Of a DNA stretch of 64,000 nt, positions 15,552-27,754 are shown in pieces. This DNA comes from Octopus vulgaris (taxonomy: Eukaryota): the NCBI GenBank assembly GCA_951406725.2, contig OX597815.1:158906001-158970000 (forward strand), in the 5' to 3' direction. The stretch's first letter is position 1; the number at the start of each line of letters is the position of its first letter. The notes beneath the pieces are model-generated. The model worked only from the letters and a program-made list of their open reading frames with translations, made no database searches and had not been told where the DNA came from. A program made the position numbers and the translations under genes.

Positions 15552-16859
15552 TTAAATTTAAATGTTGAAGTGAATCTAACGGTTTTTGTGTTTCTTAAAT
15601 GGCTTATAAACACCTTCCATGCTACAATAACAACTATTAATTTATTAGTACCATAGAGTAATCAAGAAAAAGCCAGTTGACTACAGGAATAATATCCTTC
15701 TTAATATTTAAATATATTTAGTTGAAATATCTCATCTTTAACTTCCCTAACAAACACATATTTAGAAAGAATTTTATTATTGAGTTCCAAAACTGGCTTT
15801 TTGAATACTGACCATCTTTACAACCACCAAAATTTTATTATTTATTCTTTCATTTCTATTAGTTATTTGCACTTACAAAATAAATCATTTTCCTGAATAG
15901 TTGCTTCATAGATATGTAACCAATATTTCTTTTCTTTTTGTTTCCACATTCATTTGGCTTAGACAAAACAGACTAGCAGTCCTCACTGTATCCCATTTCA
16001 GCAATCTTAGTTCAGTCATATTTAACCGTTGTTGTTTCTCTCCTCAAACAAAACTTTTGGTTTGATTCTCAGCAAATACTACATTTGCATTTTTTCCTCC
16101 TATTTCTATCTTACTTCGCAATACCTCACCTTTTTCTTTTTTTTATTTCATCAAATGATACTCATTTTCTTTTCTTTCATTTCCAATCATCTTCTTTCCA
16201 TATCTGAGCTCATTCTGTTTTTCAGACACATCATTTATCTAATGAACCATACTCAGTTATTTCTTATCAGAAATGTACACATTTTAGCATAGCACTGTAT
16301 AGTTTCTATAATTGACCTTTCAGTGCAGAGAAAAACTGCAGCCTTGCCAACAGGAGCAGCATGCATCAACTTCATATACACATTCTTTCTTCAAATTGAA
16401 TAAATCTCTTCTTATTCTTACGCATTAGATATTGTTTTGTTTGTTCTTTTTTATTCACTCTACGAAGTTCTGCTGGACACTTCAGTTTTTATTGCAATAA
16501 GATTCCAATTCTTAATGTTAATTATACAGCTGTGAAATAAGTGTAAGACAAAATGAAATAGTTATAGTCTTTGGCTCAGGGCATACCATAGAGGATGTGA
16601 TCAAGTTTGAACTTATGACCAAGTTAGTAAATAGTTCAGTACTTTAACCTCAGAACAATTATGGTAAGACTAGAACTTTGAAAAACTTGGCTGCTTATTT
16701 TCTAAAAGACTTGGTGGATTCTTTATTTATTTATTATCACAATATTTTGGCTTCAGTCTCACCTATCAAACATTGAATACCTGTTTCTGCACATCTATCA
16801 TACTTTAACAGTTCATCACTGGTATAAAGCAACCTCTTTCAATATTGCACCCTACTCAG

Positions 16860-17085
16860 TTGAATAGTCTTGTAAGTGACTCAGTGACTTCATTGGTGCC
16901 TTGTGTCCAGCAAATAGCATTCAGTACACTCAGTAAAGTGGTTTGTGTTAGAAAGGGCATCAAAATTGTAGAAACCATACAAGATTTTACACTGGAGCTT
17001 GGTGCAGTCAGTTCTCTGGCTCACCAGCTTCTATCAAATCGTCCAACCCATGCCAGCAGATATTAAATGATGATGATCATCATCA
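16860..17085 (+). mobile_element. SINE 3' part with Nin/Deu-like domain and RTE-type tail
   Basis: gttagaaagggcatc...gtccaacccatgccagca...(gat)n tail, shared with the RTE 3' end near 20515. Confidence 0.6.
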
Positions 17086-17673
17086 TATAAAACTGCTAAT
17101 TTTTCAACTTCAAAGAAGCAATACTAACGTTTCCTTTCAAATTATACCAATTCTGTGAATATCATAAAAACACCCGAAGACATTAATTTAATGTTTCGTT
17201 TAGAATGTTTGAAGATGTTAATAAATCTGCGATGTATATATATGTATATGTCTGAATCAGGAATAATACAATAGCAAATAAGTTTGATTTTTACACAAAT
17301 GTTTTGGGTTGATACAAACTAGAACTACAAAAACGATACAAACACGAAAACCTTAAAATTCTTAGTTTGTCTCGTCGTCAGTAGAGGAACAGTCTAGGAG
17401 ACATTACAATATTGGATTGTCATAGTTAAATATACATTTTACACCGAAATATATTATCATTATGATTATTAAGAAATATATTTGAAGCATTATTTTTTTG
17501 TCTGTTTAGAACAGGTAATGACCATTGTGTATACATTTCACTCTCGTTTGCTGTTAGTATTTCCTTTTAGAATGATCGAAACGATACATCATACTATGTA
17601 TTCCAAATTCTACGGGCTGGATGTTACTACCATTAAGTCTCCCACCTCCGTCTATGTTTGTGTGTGTTTAAAT

Positions 17674-17740
<67 letters not shown>

Positions 17741-18673
17741 CATACATACACACAAGTAAATCTTCACCGAGAGGGAAAATATTCTGTAACTTTCGATGTT
17801 CTACAAATACTTTCTGACTAAATGAGAGCTTTTTACAATTTTCATTAAAAAATAGGAAGGTTACTGATTTGTATACGTTAACTGTGGACATGTAAAACAA
17901 AGCGAATACTTTTTTCGTCAAATAATAACCAACAGTAAAAAGCTTCACAGATGCATATGGGCAAGACATGTAAAATTATTCAAAATATGTTGTTAACGAT
18001 CAGTAACTATTTGCACCCAAATAATTCCAGAATGAGTATATATGAAATTTGGTAAAAAATTTTTACCGAAATTTGTTTAATTTGACTAAGAGTAACCTTT
18101 CAACAGACTTTAATATTCCCAGTAGTCAATCTATCTATGTATATAATAAAGTAATGTATGTTAGCTTAAGAACCGTATACTGATTCTCAATGATTTCATA
18201 AGCTCACTCACTTCCGGTTCTCAATGAATTAATTGTGTGAAGTGAATAAAATATATCATTATAATTTTATAAAGAGTTTATTATCATAGCAAACTATTTC
18301 AAAAGAAGTTTAAATGTAAATCTAAATCGACGAATATCATGCAAAGAAAGACATTATTTCAGGTTAGCATATAAACTTTTGGAGAGGGAAATATACGAAA
18401 TTAGGTCAGAAGATCTACAGGTGTGGCATGATCAGATCTAACCTAAATAGGTGAGGTACTTATATATAAACAAAATTAGTCACTTATTTTATATTCTATA
18501 AAAGCTGGATGAAATCTATAAGCAGTGAAGCTACAGAAATGAATCAAGAAATTAAATTTTCGTATTAAAGGCTTTGTAAAACTGTGCCTATTTTCTTATA
18601 CACACACATAAAAACATTAAAACGTAAATACGAAGACACACATATACGCATGGGTGTATATAAATTCTAATGA

Positions 18674-18723
<50 letters not shown>

Positions 18724-18864
18724 TAATGAATTAAAATCAATTTCGCACGAGACATACAAAAATGGGACAAGATAATAACTATTAATTCAACAGGCTATTT
18801 CTACAACTTCTTTCCAATCCGAAAGATATTTCGAGGAAAATTTGACTATTCGGAATATGCTCCC

Positions 18865-18923
<59 letters not shown>

Positions 18924-19187
18924 GTTTGAGTGTATCGCCGTAATTAATTAAATGCGCAAAAAATAAACGAACGCAAATAAGACGAATAAAATAAAAAGCA
19001 AGAATAGTACAATGTAGTGTCCTTCGTTTAAAACATGACAATAGGTAGAAAGTTAGTAAAGTTATTCATGTTTTATTACTTCTTTTTAGTCGTTTTTATC
19101 AATTATATATATATATATATTTTAGTACGTCTGTCTTAATATCATCCATATTGAATTAACCAGCAAAGGTGAGAGAAAGAAACTTAC

Positions 19188-19248
19188 CTAACAACAATAC
19201 TGTTAAATATACCCAATGACCCCTTCTCATACATTGATGAGCTGTCAT
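19188..19248 (-). CDS. Candidate first coding exon of minus-strand gene (MTAHQCMRRGHWVYLTVLLL + phase 1), signal-peptide/TM-like
   Basis: ATG at 19248-19246 and consensus donor AG/GTAAGT at 19187 in unique, CpG-normal sequence next to promoter-like motifs; upstream of the CpG-depleted domain. Confidence 0.5.
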
Positions 19249-19299
19249 GATTCGGGAATGCGAAAGTCTTCGGTTTAAAACCAATATCAGTGTTAACGA

Positions 19300-19500
19300 A
19301 ACAGATCTAATTACCCTTAGTTCTAAGGGTTTTTTCTTGGACTGAGATAGGAAAAAAATGTAGTTAACGGATGTCCACTTGGAGATAGTGTACACCTAGA
19401 TGGCGCTGGTGACGTCCTTCACCTGCTACTAGAATAATCAGCTACAGGTAAGTTGTCAGTTACTCTCTAAGGCGGCTGATTGTTGCAGGTAAATAACTTA
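19300..19500. promoter_or_regulatory. Putative, possibly bidirectional, promoter with CTCF/YY1-like and CRE-like motifs
   Basis: cacctagatggcgctg (19393-19408) resembles the CTCF core CCACTAGATGGCGC; TGACGT at 19410-19415; divergent donors at 19187 (-) and CAG/GTAAGT at 19448 (+). Confidence 0.5.
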
Positions 19501-19741
19501 GATTAATACGTCCCGGGCTCCTAACACTAACAACTTTTTGTTATTACTCGGACAAATTCTTTTATTCTTTTCCTTTATTGTTTTTTAGAATAGAGAAATG
19601 AAATCTTTTTGTAATTATCGTATGTATATGTGTGTTACACACACACACATATATAGGATGGGTGTGTGTATCGGTCAGTAGCTCTTATATTAAAAAAAAG
19701 AATCAAATTCTAAAATATAAAACGTTAGTATCGTTTAGAAG

Positions 19742-19950
19742 GTTGTTTATTGTGACTGGTCAGAGAGTGACCATTGGTATTGCACCTATAAAGCGCTTAG
19801 TTGTATAGGCGAGTCATCAGACTCGGATGGCCAGAGACACTTAGAGTCTTTGTACCACCGCTCGTATAAGTCTGACGAATCGCCTATCCAACTTAGCGCC
19901 TTATGGTTGGGAAACCAATGGTCACTTTTTGACCGGCCATAACAAACAAC
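19742..19950. mobile_element. Foldback element with hammerhead motifs in both arms
   Basis: About 80-bp diverged inverted arms, gttgtttattgtgactggtca... / ...tgaccggccataacaaacaac, around a spacer of about 47 bp. Confidence 0.8.
19868..19927 (+). ncRNA. Type I hammerhead ribozyme motif with canonical core
   Basis: aagt-CTGACGA-(32 nt including ccaac/gttgg)-GAAA-cc-aat-gg-TC-actt; GUC site with predicted cleavage after 19923. Confidence 0.65.
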
Positions 19951-20219
19951 TATCTATCTATCTGTCTATATATCTATCTATCTGTTTGTTTTCATGTTGA
20001 GTTCTACTATTGGCACAAGGCCTGAATTTATGGGCAGGGGACTAGTCGATGTCATCGTCTCCAATACTTAACTGGTACCTATTTTATAGACTCCGTAAGG
20101 ATGAAACGCGAAGTCGAGCTCCACGGCCTTTGTACTCAGCATGTGAAGACTTGAAAGAAATGCCGCCAAGCAATTTTTCAAACTCAATATTTTTAGTTGT
20201 ACACGTATTTATTATTCTT

Positions 20220-20324
20220 TTACAAGAAAGAATAGTGTTAACAGTGACTTCGAAGTTTCATCGTTGAGGTAGGATCAGCATGCCGAAACTACGAAGTCAG
20301 TGTTAACACTATTCTTCCTCGTAA
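20220..20324. repeat. 105-bp foldback with hammerhead 3' halves
   Basis: Arms aagaatagtgttaacagtgacttcgaagtttc / gaaactacgaagtcagtgttaacactattctt; GAAA-ct(a/t)cgaag-TC reads outward in each arm; CUGA half absent. Confidence 0.75.
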
Positions 20325-20511
20325 TATATATACAAGAGTTAAGGAATGGAATAGATAAGATCCGGGCTAGATATGTTAGTTTTCATTGTCGCAAGGGGGT
20401 ACATGTTAACACATAGATGCTAACTTTTTTCTTACACCTCAATCCCTGGATCTTATATATATATATATCTGTGTGTGGACATGTTTTATCTGTATGTTTG
20501 TGTGTGTATTA

Positions 20512-22600
20512 TTATCATCACTTTTACGTTCGCTGTTCCATGCTTGCATGGGTTGGCGGAAGTTTTCTGTAAAACAGCGACTTACCATATACATATGTTA
20601 CAGTCTCTTATAATCACTATTATATAGACAACCTCTTGAGATATAAATCTTCATGTTCTCGTCTCCAGGCCATTTTTGCCATGCCCGTCGCCAAGTTAGA
20701 GCACTGGACGGCACTTTACCCGCACTATTTAATGATTCACACTCGCCTGCCGGTTAATGGAGTGCACTGGACGGCACTTTCCACTCATTATTCAGTGGTG
20801 CACCCTCAGATTTAGAAAATACATTTTACGAAAATCTTCACGCAGAATAAATTAGTGCTCACCCAGAATATTCTGAAGTACCCCTCGAGCATCAAAGTCT
20901 GGTGACGGTCCTGATTTTTGCTCTTCTTCACGCAACTGTCCTCGTCCATAAAGAACAGATATCAGTACCATCTTCTCCCTTGGATGCTACGTCTGCTTCC
21001 TGTTGTACCCAGTTTTTCTCAATTCAATTGTGATCTATCGATCATGTAGGTACACAATAATAATATTCTATTTCCAAAGGAGAGAATTCGCTTCATTTCT
21101 TTCAGCTTTCGTTATTCCTCTGTATTCTGTGTCCATATTAAAATGTAACATCGCACTTCGTACGCAAATCTACCTTTCACTCTAAGAGAGAATCCTCTTG
21201 TTGCTATCAGAGATGATAACTCCTTGAATTTTCTACAGATCATCTTTACTATGGCTGCAGTGCTTTTGGAAAGCCTACTTTTGCTGCTAATCAGATTTGT
21301 AGGGTAACGAAATCTATGAACTTCAGAGCATTTGAAAGAATCTATTTCTTGGGTGCTCTTACTCCTGACTGCTTTGGCACATTTGCTACACTTGAAATCG
21401 TATCTATCAGCCTGTCTGTAATACCACTGCATCTCCTGTGCTCTAACATATTATATTTGGCACATAGTACAGAGTTCTGAACATATTCCTTTTCTACTGA
21501 CTCTGGTTACCTTCCTGATGATAGTAGAGTCTCGTTTTTCCTGGTTATTAAACTTTTGGTTTTGCTAAGTTTACTTCGGAGTTTTTTGGCTCTAAGCTTT
21601 ATCTCCACGTTTGGAATTTCTTCTCTAATTTTTTTCAACAGGTTCAGTTATGAAAAGTAACTCGTTAGTATAGTAGAGTTCTCACGAGTACTCGGTCTGA
21701 AACTTTTGTTTAGCCTGGAGAACTATGATAAAAGGAGGAGGCTGAGAAGTGATCCTTGATAGACACCTATATGCATAATAAATTCTTCGCTAATTCATCG
21801 CTAAATCTCTCATTACTAGTAACATCTCTGTATATCACTCGACTTAATGACTTCCAGGTTACGAAGTGTGATACCCTGCCTGATTGACAATAATAAATTT
21901 AAAAGTTTACTCTTACGTGAGGTCTCTCATAGTTGTCTTACTAATATCAGGATTTCTGTGGTAAGTTCTGTTTCACATTCGAACTGCATTTCATCTCAGT
22001 GAAATTTCTTCCCAATTTATTGTATTATAACTTGGTTTATCAGTCTGAGGTCTCTGTAACCGAATCTTACTTGGACATCTTTTTTGGCCCCATAAGCTGT
22101 TCATAATAACAATGTTGCTGCATCAGTCATTGTGTACGATACATCCTGGTACTACTTGATTTTCTATGTGAACGATAGGTGCTTACTTCGCCGGATATTT
22201 TAATTATGTAAGTGATTATCTCTAAAATCCAGCTGTTTTCCTAATCTTCATTCCACATCCTTAATTGTGCTTTCGACTGCACATCTGTCAACTTTTAATG
22301 GTTGGCACTTCTGTTGAGTTCACGTACAGCAGACCAGCTGTCCATCCATGTATTCTCCACACTTAGCAACCTGTATATGTTATATTGCTACTTGTATGGA
22401 TCTTTCCGTTACGTACTGTCCGAGTCGCTTATCACGCTACACCATAAACAGGTTGGATATTTCTCCAGCAGTGCCGACTTCGATAACTGCACTGCACCGT
22501 TCTTTTCAATGTTTATTATTACATTTTTATTATCATCGAACGTTTGTTATTACATTTTAGTATGTCGCCATTCAATGTAAACAGCATCCGTAACCGACAC
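20512..22600 (-). mobile_element. Decayed RTE-clade LINE
   Basis: ORF 21112-21432 (DFKCSKC...FRY...RKFKELSSLIATRGFSLRVKGR) matches the RTE ORF C-terminus; 3' tail ccaacccatgcaagcatggaac...(gat)n at about 20515-20560. Confidence 0.75.
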
Positions 22601-22810
22601 TTACACAACAAACTGAAATGTGCAAAACAACGGAAGCAACAACAGTAATATCATCAATCAACCAATGGAAAACGAAGATACTCTGTAAGTATTGATGGAA
22701 TTGTTATGACTAACAACGCGCTACCCAGCGCAAATAAGCATTTGTTTAGGGTATCAAGGGAAGGGGAGACCACAGAAATGGTAAGTGATTTACGGCATCA
22801 GAGAAACCAC

Positions 22811-23221
22811 TGTAGCGTAGCTCGGTGATGTCCTCACTGTTTGAGAGAGATAATAGAAATGATGTCGTGGCAAATAGCAGCCATCTTTCGGCTGCTTGGG
22901 ACCTGTTGTGTCCGCTGCCCTGATTGGTTGGTTTTGGTGCAGTTTTATTTCGCGCCAGTGAGTAAACCAACTACGGCCTTCGGATAAGGTCCCATGACAC
23001 AGTCTTTTGGATTTTCCCTGGAGCCTACCTTTTGCTTTAAAAGGCTTCAGCAATTCACTATATCTTGTCTTTGGTCCTCGACCATTGATCACAACCAAAA
23101 CCTACCAATCAGAGTAGCGGACACAACTGAGCCTAAGCAGCCGAAAGATGGCTGCTATCTGCCATGACATCATTTCTATGATCTCTCTCAAACAGTGAGG
23201 ATATCACAGAGCTACGCTACA
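22811..23221. mobile_element. 411-bp MITE with TGT...ACA ends, about 130-bp TIRs and 4-bp TSD CCAC (Ginger-like)
   Basis: ccac|tgtagcgtagctc...gagctacgctaca|ccac; internal minus-strand RYSELLKPF resembles an integrase C-terminus. Confidence 0.75.
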
Positions 23222-23623
23222 CCACTTTATTATTTATCTCTTCAAAATCTAGAAGCAGATGTGTTACGTAAGATTAATTTTAAAGATCTGATCAAAGATA
23301 TTGCAATTAAAAAAAAGTAGGAGCAAACTTTTCAAGCATAAAGTGGAAGTATGCAAAAATAAACATTATTTTCTATCTTATTTAGTTTTGCTTCATTTTG
23401 AAAAAATAAAGAAAAATATTTAATTGTTTATATTTTGAATTTACATATTATATGAGGGTACCAAAATCTTAAAAGTGTTTGGGTCTTGGTCCGGCACTGA
23501 CACTACCTCACAATTTCAACACAGGCACACAAACAAACAAAAAAATATATCATAATCTATGGCGCTGTGCAGTTGGACACAGAAGAAAGATCTGGTTTTA
23601 AATTACCACCGAAGCATGCAATA

Positions 23624-23830
23624 CGTGCTCTGATCAATAAATATCCGGGCTGTTGCCATAATAACGAAGGTAAAGCACACAGAGTGAAGCCGCTTGGCAC
23701 AGATTGACCTTGAACTCTGCTGTGCATGCGCACAAAGTTTTAACATTCTAGCTCACTTCTGCAACTTCACTCTGTATGTTTTAGCTTCGTTATTATAGCA
23801 ACAGTCAGGATACTTATTGATCAGACCTCG
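23624..23830. mobile_element. mariner MITE (207 bp)
   Basis: TA|cgtgctctgatcaataaatatccgggctgttgc...gcaacagtcaggatacttattgatcagacctcg|TA; about 65-bp TIRs; an isolated end of the same family lies at about 10866-10903. Confidence 0.85.
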
Positions 23831-24269
23831 TATATAAGAAAATCCATAACGTTGATTACCTATCTGATATTGAAATAGAAACTTTCGTAGAGAATAGATG
23901 ACAATTAAGGTATAGAAGTTGTAACAATAATAACTCCTCAAGGATTACAGATAGTGATAGGAACTGACATAATGACAGCAACACAGATAGTGACAGCAAC
24001 TACACTGGTCGTAGATTTTAAGTAATTTTTATAAATAGAAAAGAAACGAATGAGGTTCCTGCTAAGTCGCCTTCGAGGCTCCATCAGCTTCCAAAAAAAA
24101 AAGTGGTTTGTTATAAATATATAAACCATCGATCGATTCGACCTCGCCTTTTGAATTTTTCGGTTGATGTTGTCTCAAGTTAGCTAGCGTAACTAATATA
24201 TAAAGTACGCAGGAAACTCTTGTAGCTGGTAGTTATGACAAGATTTGGTGTCAGTTTATATACATTGCT

Positions 24270-24830
24270 GTAATTGTATAAGGCTTCATGAAAAACAGAT
24301 AGCGTCAAATTCTAAGAACATTGTATTTACAGGAGTTGAAATCTTGATAAAGTGATCCGCACATTCCTGCAAATAAATACGGTGTTGATTCTTCATCATC
24401 TCCGGGTTGGTATTTGTGTGTGTGAAATGAGCTAATTGAGAAATCAAGCTGGTTTGATTAAGTATTAAATAGTGAAAACAGTTTTGAGAGCAGAATTGTT
24501 TGGGACTGAAGCGAGTGAAGTCCGAATTCTCTCTGATTAAATGCGCCAGAAAACGTCTGCTTATATCGCGGTTGCAGAAGGAATTTTCTAGAATTATCAC
24601 GTGAACACAGTCCTCATTGGTTGAAAATTGGGTCTTCACACATACACGCGTGATCCATATATGATTGAAATAAACCCTTACTAACACCTTCGACTCACTT
24701 ACGACTGAAGAAATATATTGAACTTCTCATGTGCAGAAGCACTGTCAGTATCGTCCGGATTTATGAAGTTGTCCCTGTTCTGAAATCTTGCAAATTAATT
24801 TTAAAATATTTTATCGAGAACATTAATATA
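24270..24830 (-). pseudogene. Decayed Tc1/mariner transposase N-terminal half
   Basis: FQNRDNF / DISRRFLAHLIREN / FLEFDAICFS* patches resemble the HTH and the first DDE motif (FSDE). Confidence 0.45.
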
Positions 24831-25169
24831 AATTTATATCACGTTTGGCGGAATTAAGATAGATTCTGTGAAACCTATATGTATTTGTACCTGTATCGAA
24901 TGCTGTCAACTGAATGCAGAGTTTCACAAATTAAAGTATATATATAATTTTATTGATAAGACAAGGTATAAATAATGATCATTATACATTCTTGTTTATT
25001 AGAGTAAATTTGGCTTACAGCTGTTTCCGGTAGTCATTATAGGTACGTTACTGATACGTTCACTCAGTTGGTCTATTGATAAATTGGGAAAAATTGAACG
25101 ACCTAAAAAAAGGAGGGGGAAGAAGGGAGAAAGGGGTTATCATAAAACATTAGTCATTTTGAGCCCTAA

Positions 25170-25545
25170 CGAAATCCCAAAAGCATCCGAAAGGAAGTGG
25201 CTTTTGGTTATTGACAGAAGTGCTGCTCGATTCGAATCGGACACCACATAAATCGCAGGAATAGCGCTAACTCAACGAACTATTGGTACCAATATATGAC
25301 TGGTTGGTACTAAACCCTAACTAAATGTTTTTTGATATGGTTGAAGGAGATTGAAACAGAATGCCTAGTAGAGCTCCTACACAAAGTTTGTCTCTTAGGG
25401 ACAGCAAAGATTATCAAGAGGGTTCTAAGCATTTGAAAGACTGCTGAAAACCTGTGGATACCTAAGGTTATATATAGGTAGTAACCCGTTATCCACATAA
25501 TTCCTACCAGGAATAAGACCGAACCTGAGCCAAACCAAAATAATC
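25170..25545 (+). mobile_element. 3' end of R4/Dong-like REL-endonuclease LINE
   Basis: WLKEIETECLVELLHKVCLLGTAKIIKRVLSI* (about 25338-25436) fits the LQK..LLGTA.I.R.VL C-terminal signature. Confidence 0.7.
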
Positions 25546-25674
25546 AATGGCTGCATTTATAATTAAAATACATACAAAATTCCATCCATAGATTATTATC
25601 ATTAAGATATATATATATATTTCGTTTTTGGATTTGGTTTGCAAGATTCTTTATATGAGTTCGTGTGTTGAAGC

Positions 25675-25752
25675 ATATTCTGTTGTGTCTGGGGAGAGTC
25701 ATTCTCTTAAGGCACTAAAAGAGAATGACTCTCCCCAGACACAACAGAATAT
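25675..25752. repeat. Perfect 34-bp-stem, 10-nt-loop hairpin between (TA)n tracts
   Basis: atattctgttgtgtctggggagagtcattctctt-aaggcactaa-aagagaatgactctccccagacacaacagaatat. Confidence 0.95.
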
Positions 25753-26809
25753 ATATATAAGAGAGAGAGAGATTGTGTATATGGTCTGGTAACATTAAAG
25801 TCTTGAGAGGTCGCAACAGCGAGGCCCTTCTATGCGTCTCGAGGAAAAGGGAGCTGTGAAAACTGCCGACTAACAGAGCGTCTGGAATGGTACCTCGACG
25901 TTTATTTGCGGCAGTCGCAACAAGAAGAAGGAAAAGATGTGTGTGTCTGTGCGCGTTACGAGCAATGATATAGCTCTTGGCAGATTAATAGTCTTTGAAC
26001 AAGCTTTGAACTACTGTCCTAACGGTCCAGCTCTTGAATATTTATGTACCACTCTTTTTCTCCCTTTTATTGGTCAAACTATCCATGCTGTAAATTGCTT
26101 TACGATTACTTTCAACGAGAATTTCTTTATTGATTCTTCAATAAATCTATTGTGACATGTCCAAAATGCATTTTTTCTTTTCGTTTATTTAATTTTTTCT
26201 TAAAGGATTAATATTTCAAACTACATCAATTTAACATTTCGCTATCATGCTGAACATTAGCTTTGTAGATGAGATGAAAAGCTATGGAAAATTGAACTTG
26301 GACTTCATCAAAACATTAAAGGAAATGAGCTGAAGAATGAGAGATGATAAATTCTAAAGGAAACAAAGTAGAACTTTTGTTTCTGTAAGGCATTATGCAT
26401 TTCGTTTAGCCAGTGAAATATAATAACATGACATTTGATGAACAGCTGTCACAAAGACAAAATAGGATATGCTAGCAACACTAGCCCAACACTATTCTTC
26501 ATTAGAATTCCATCGTTTCAGTCAGGGATTTAATGGATTACATTAATTAAAAAAGAATCTCTGATTAATATTGAACTTTTACACTTGTTAAGGCATTTAG
26601 AATGTGAATTTTGCCAAAATTTATGTTTTTTTTCTTCTTCAGAGCTGTTCTATGAATGCTGTAAAGTTCTTAAAAGGCTTCTGATAGAAGTTTTCTTCAC
26701 CTCGCAAGCTTTAATAGCAATAATTATATTGTATTTTACAAAGATCAGTGTTAGCTGGACGGAATACGGAGCTGAATACAAACAAGCATTTGGTTTATCT
26801 TTTGTTATT

Positions 26810-27015
26810 TACTTGTTTCAGTCATTCGGCTGCAGCCATGCTGGGGCACCACATTGAAAAATTTTTAGTCAAACGAATCGATCCAGTACTTATCTTTTTA
26901 ACACCCGGTACTTATTTTATAAATCTCTTTTGCCGAACCGCTAAGTTATAGACTATAATAACACCAACATGAACTGTCAAGCGGTGGTGGGACACACATA
27001 CACACACACACACAC
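26810..27015 (-). mobile_element. CORE-like tRNA SINE 3' part
   Basis: ttacttgtttcagtcatt...gccatgctggggcacc...ttttgccgaaccgctaagtt. Confidence 0.75.
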
Positions 27016-27179
27016 AACATGCCAAGGACCTATAATCCTTTAAGGGATGTTTGCATCCTAGTTCTCCGGTTTATACCAGTGGTCAGTCAAAACTAAATGC
27101 TTTAATTTTGCATTGATGTATATTAATATTTAAAATATTTATGAATGAGAAAAAAGAAGAAAATGGAGAAATTGATGTA

Positions 27180-27612
27180 CCCTATATCTGGCAACAGGAC
27201 TCTGCACCATGCTACACAATCAGGGGAACCCAGTCATGACTGTCAGACAATTTCTGCGACCACATCACCCCTAACATATGGCCACCTAATTCCCCCGATC
27301 GCAACCCCTTGATTATTATGTGTGGGGCGCAGTTGAGCAAGAGACCACCAAAACACTTAGTAACACCAAAGATGAGCTAAAGGCAAGGATAATGGCAGCA
27401 TTCACCCACTTAAACAAGGAAACCGTCCAGAAGAGTTGCAGGAGATTCCGAAGTAGTCTGGAGGCCGTGATTGAAGCCAATGTTGATTATATTGAATAAA
27501 TTTACTCGTTAGGGTTTCACGATATTCTTATGTAATTTTGGTAAATATATCTGCTAAAATGAAATGTCAGTGTTATTTTCATTTTGGGTAATTTAGACAA
27601 CAGTTTATTCAT
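27180..27612 (+). pseudogene. DD37D (maT-type) Tc1/mariner transposase C-terminal relic plus right end
   Basis: PYIWQQDSAPC...S*LSDNF...WPPNSPDRNPFDYYVWG...EANVDYIE* (27180-27499); 37 residues between the 2nd and 3rd Asp; one internal stop. Confidence 0.85.
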
Positions 27613-27754
27613 ACATACATACATACATACATACATACATACACACACACATACATACATACATACATACACACACACATACATACATACATACATACAT
27701 ACATACATACATACATACATACATACGTGTGTGTGTGTGCGCATGTGTATGTGT

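Larger units (their letters stand above)
15354..15628. mobile_element. 275-bp near-perfect foldback element (two about 137-bp arms, centre 15491), probably PLE-derived
   Basis: Arms are reverse complements with a few mostly transition mismatches; the two overlapping ORFs on opposite strands translate almost identically. Confidence 0.9.

Noticed and set aside
15203-15656. Two near-identical ORFs on opposite strands
   Set aside because: By-product of the DNA palindrome; no protein features.
15870-16350. Possible Merlin/IS1595-like transposase relic on the minus strand (EIGGKNANVV patch)
   Set aside because: Too degenerate to assign by eye.
12190-18535. Additional minus-strand exon candidates (acceptors near 12190, 12319, 17154 and 18533)
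   Set aside because: Weak donors, or stops and phase incompatibility with the exon chain; cannot be supported without RNA data.
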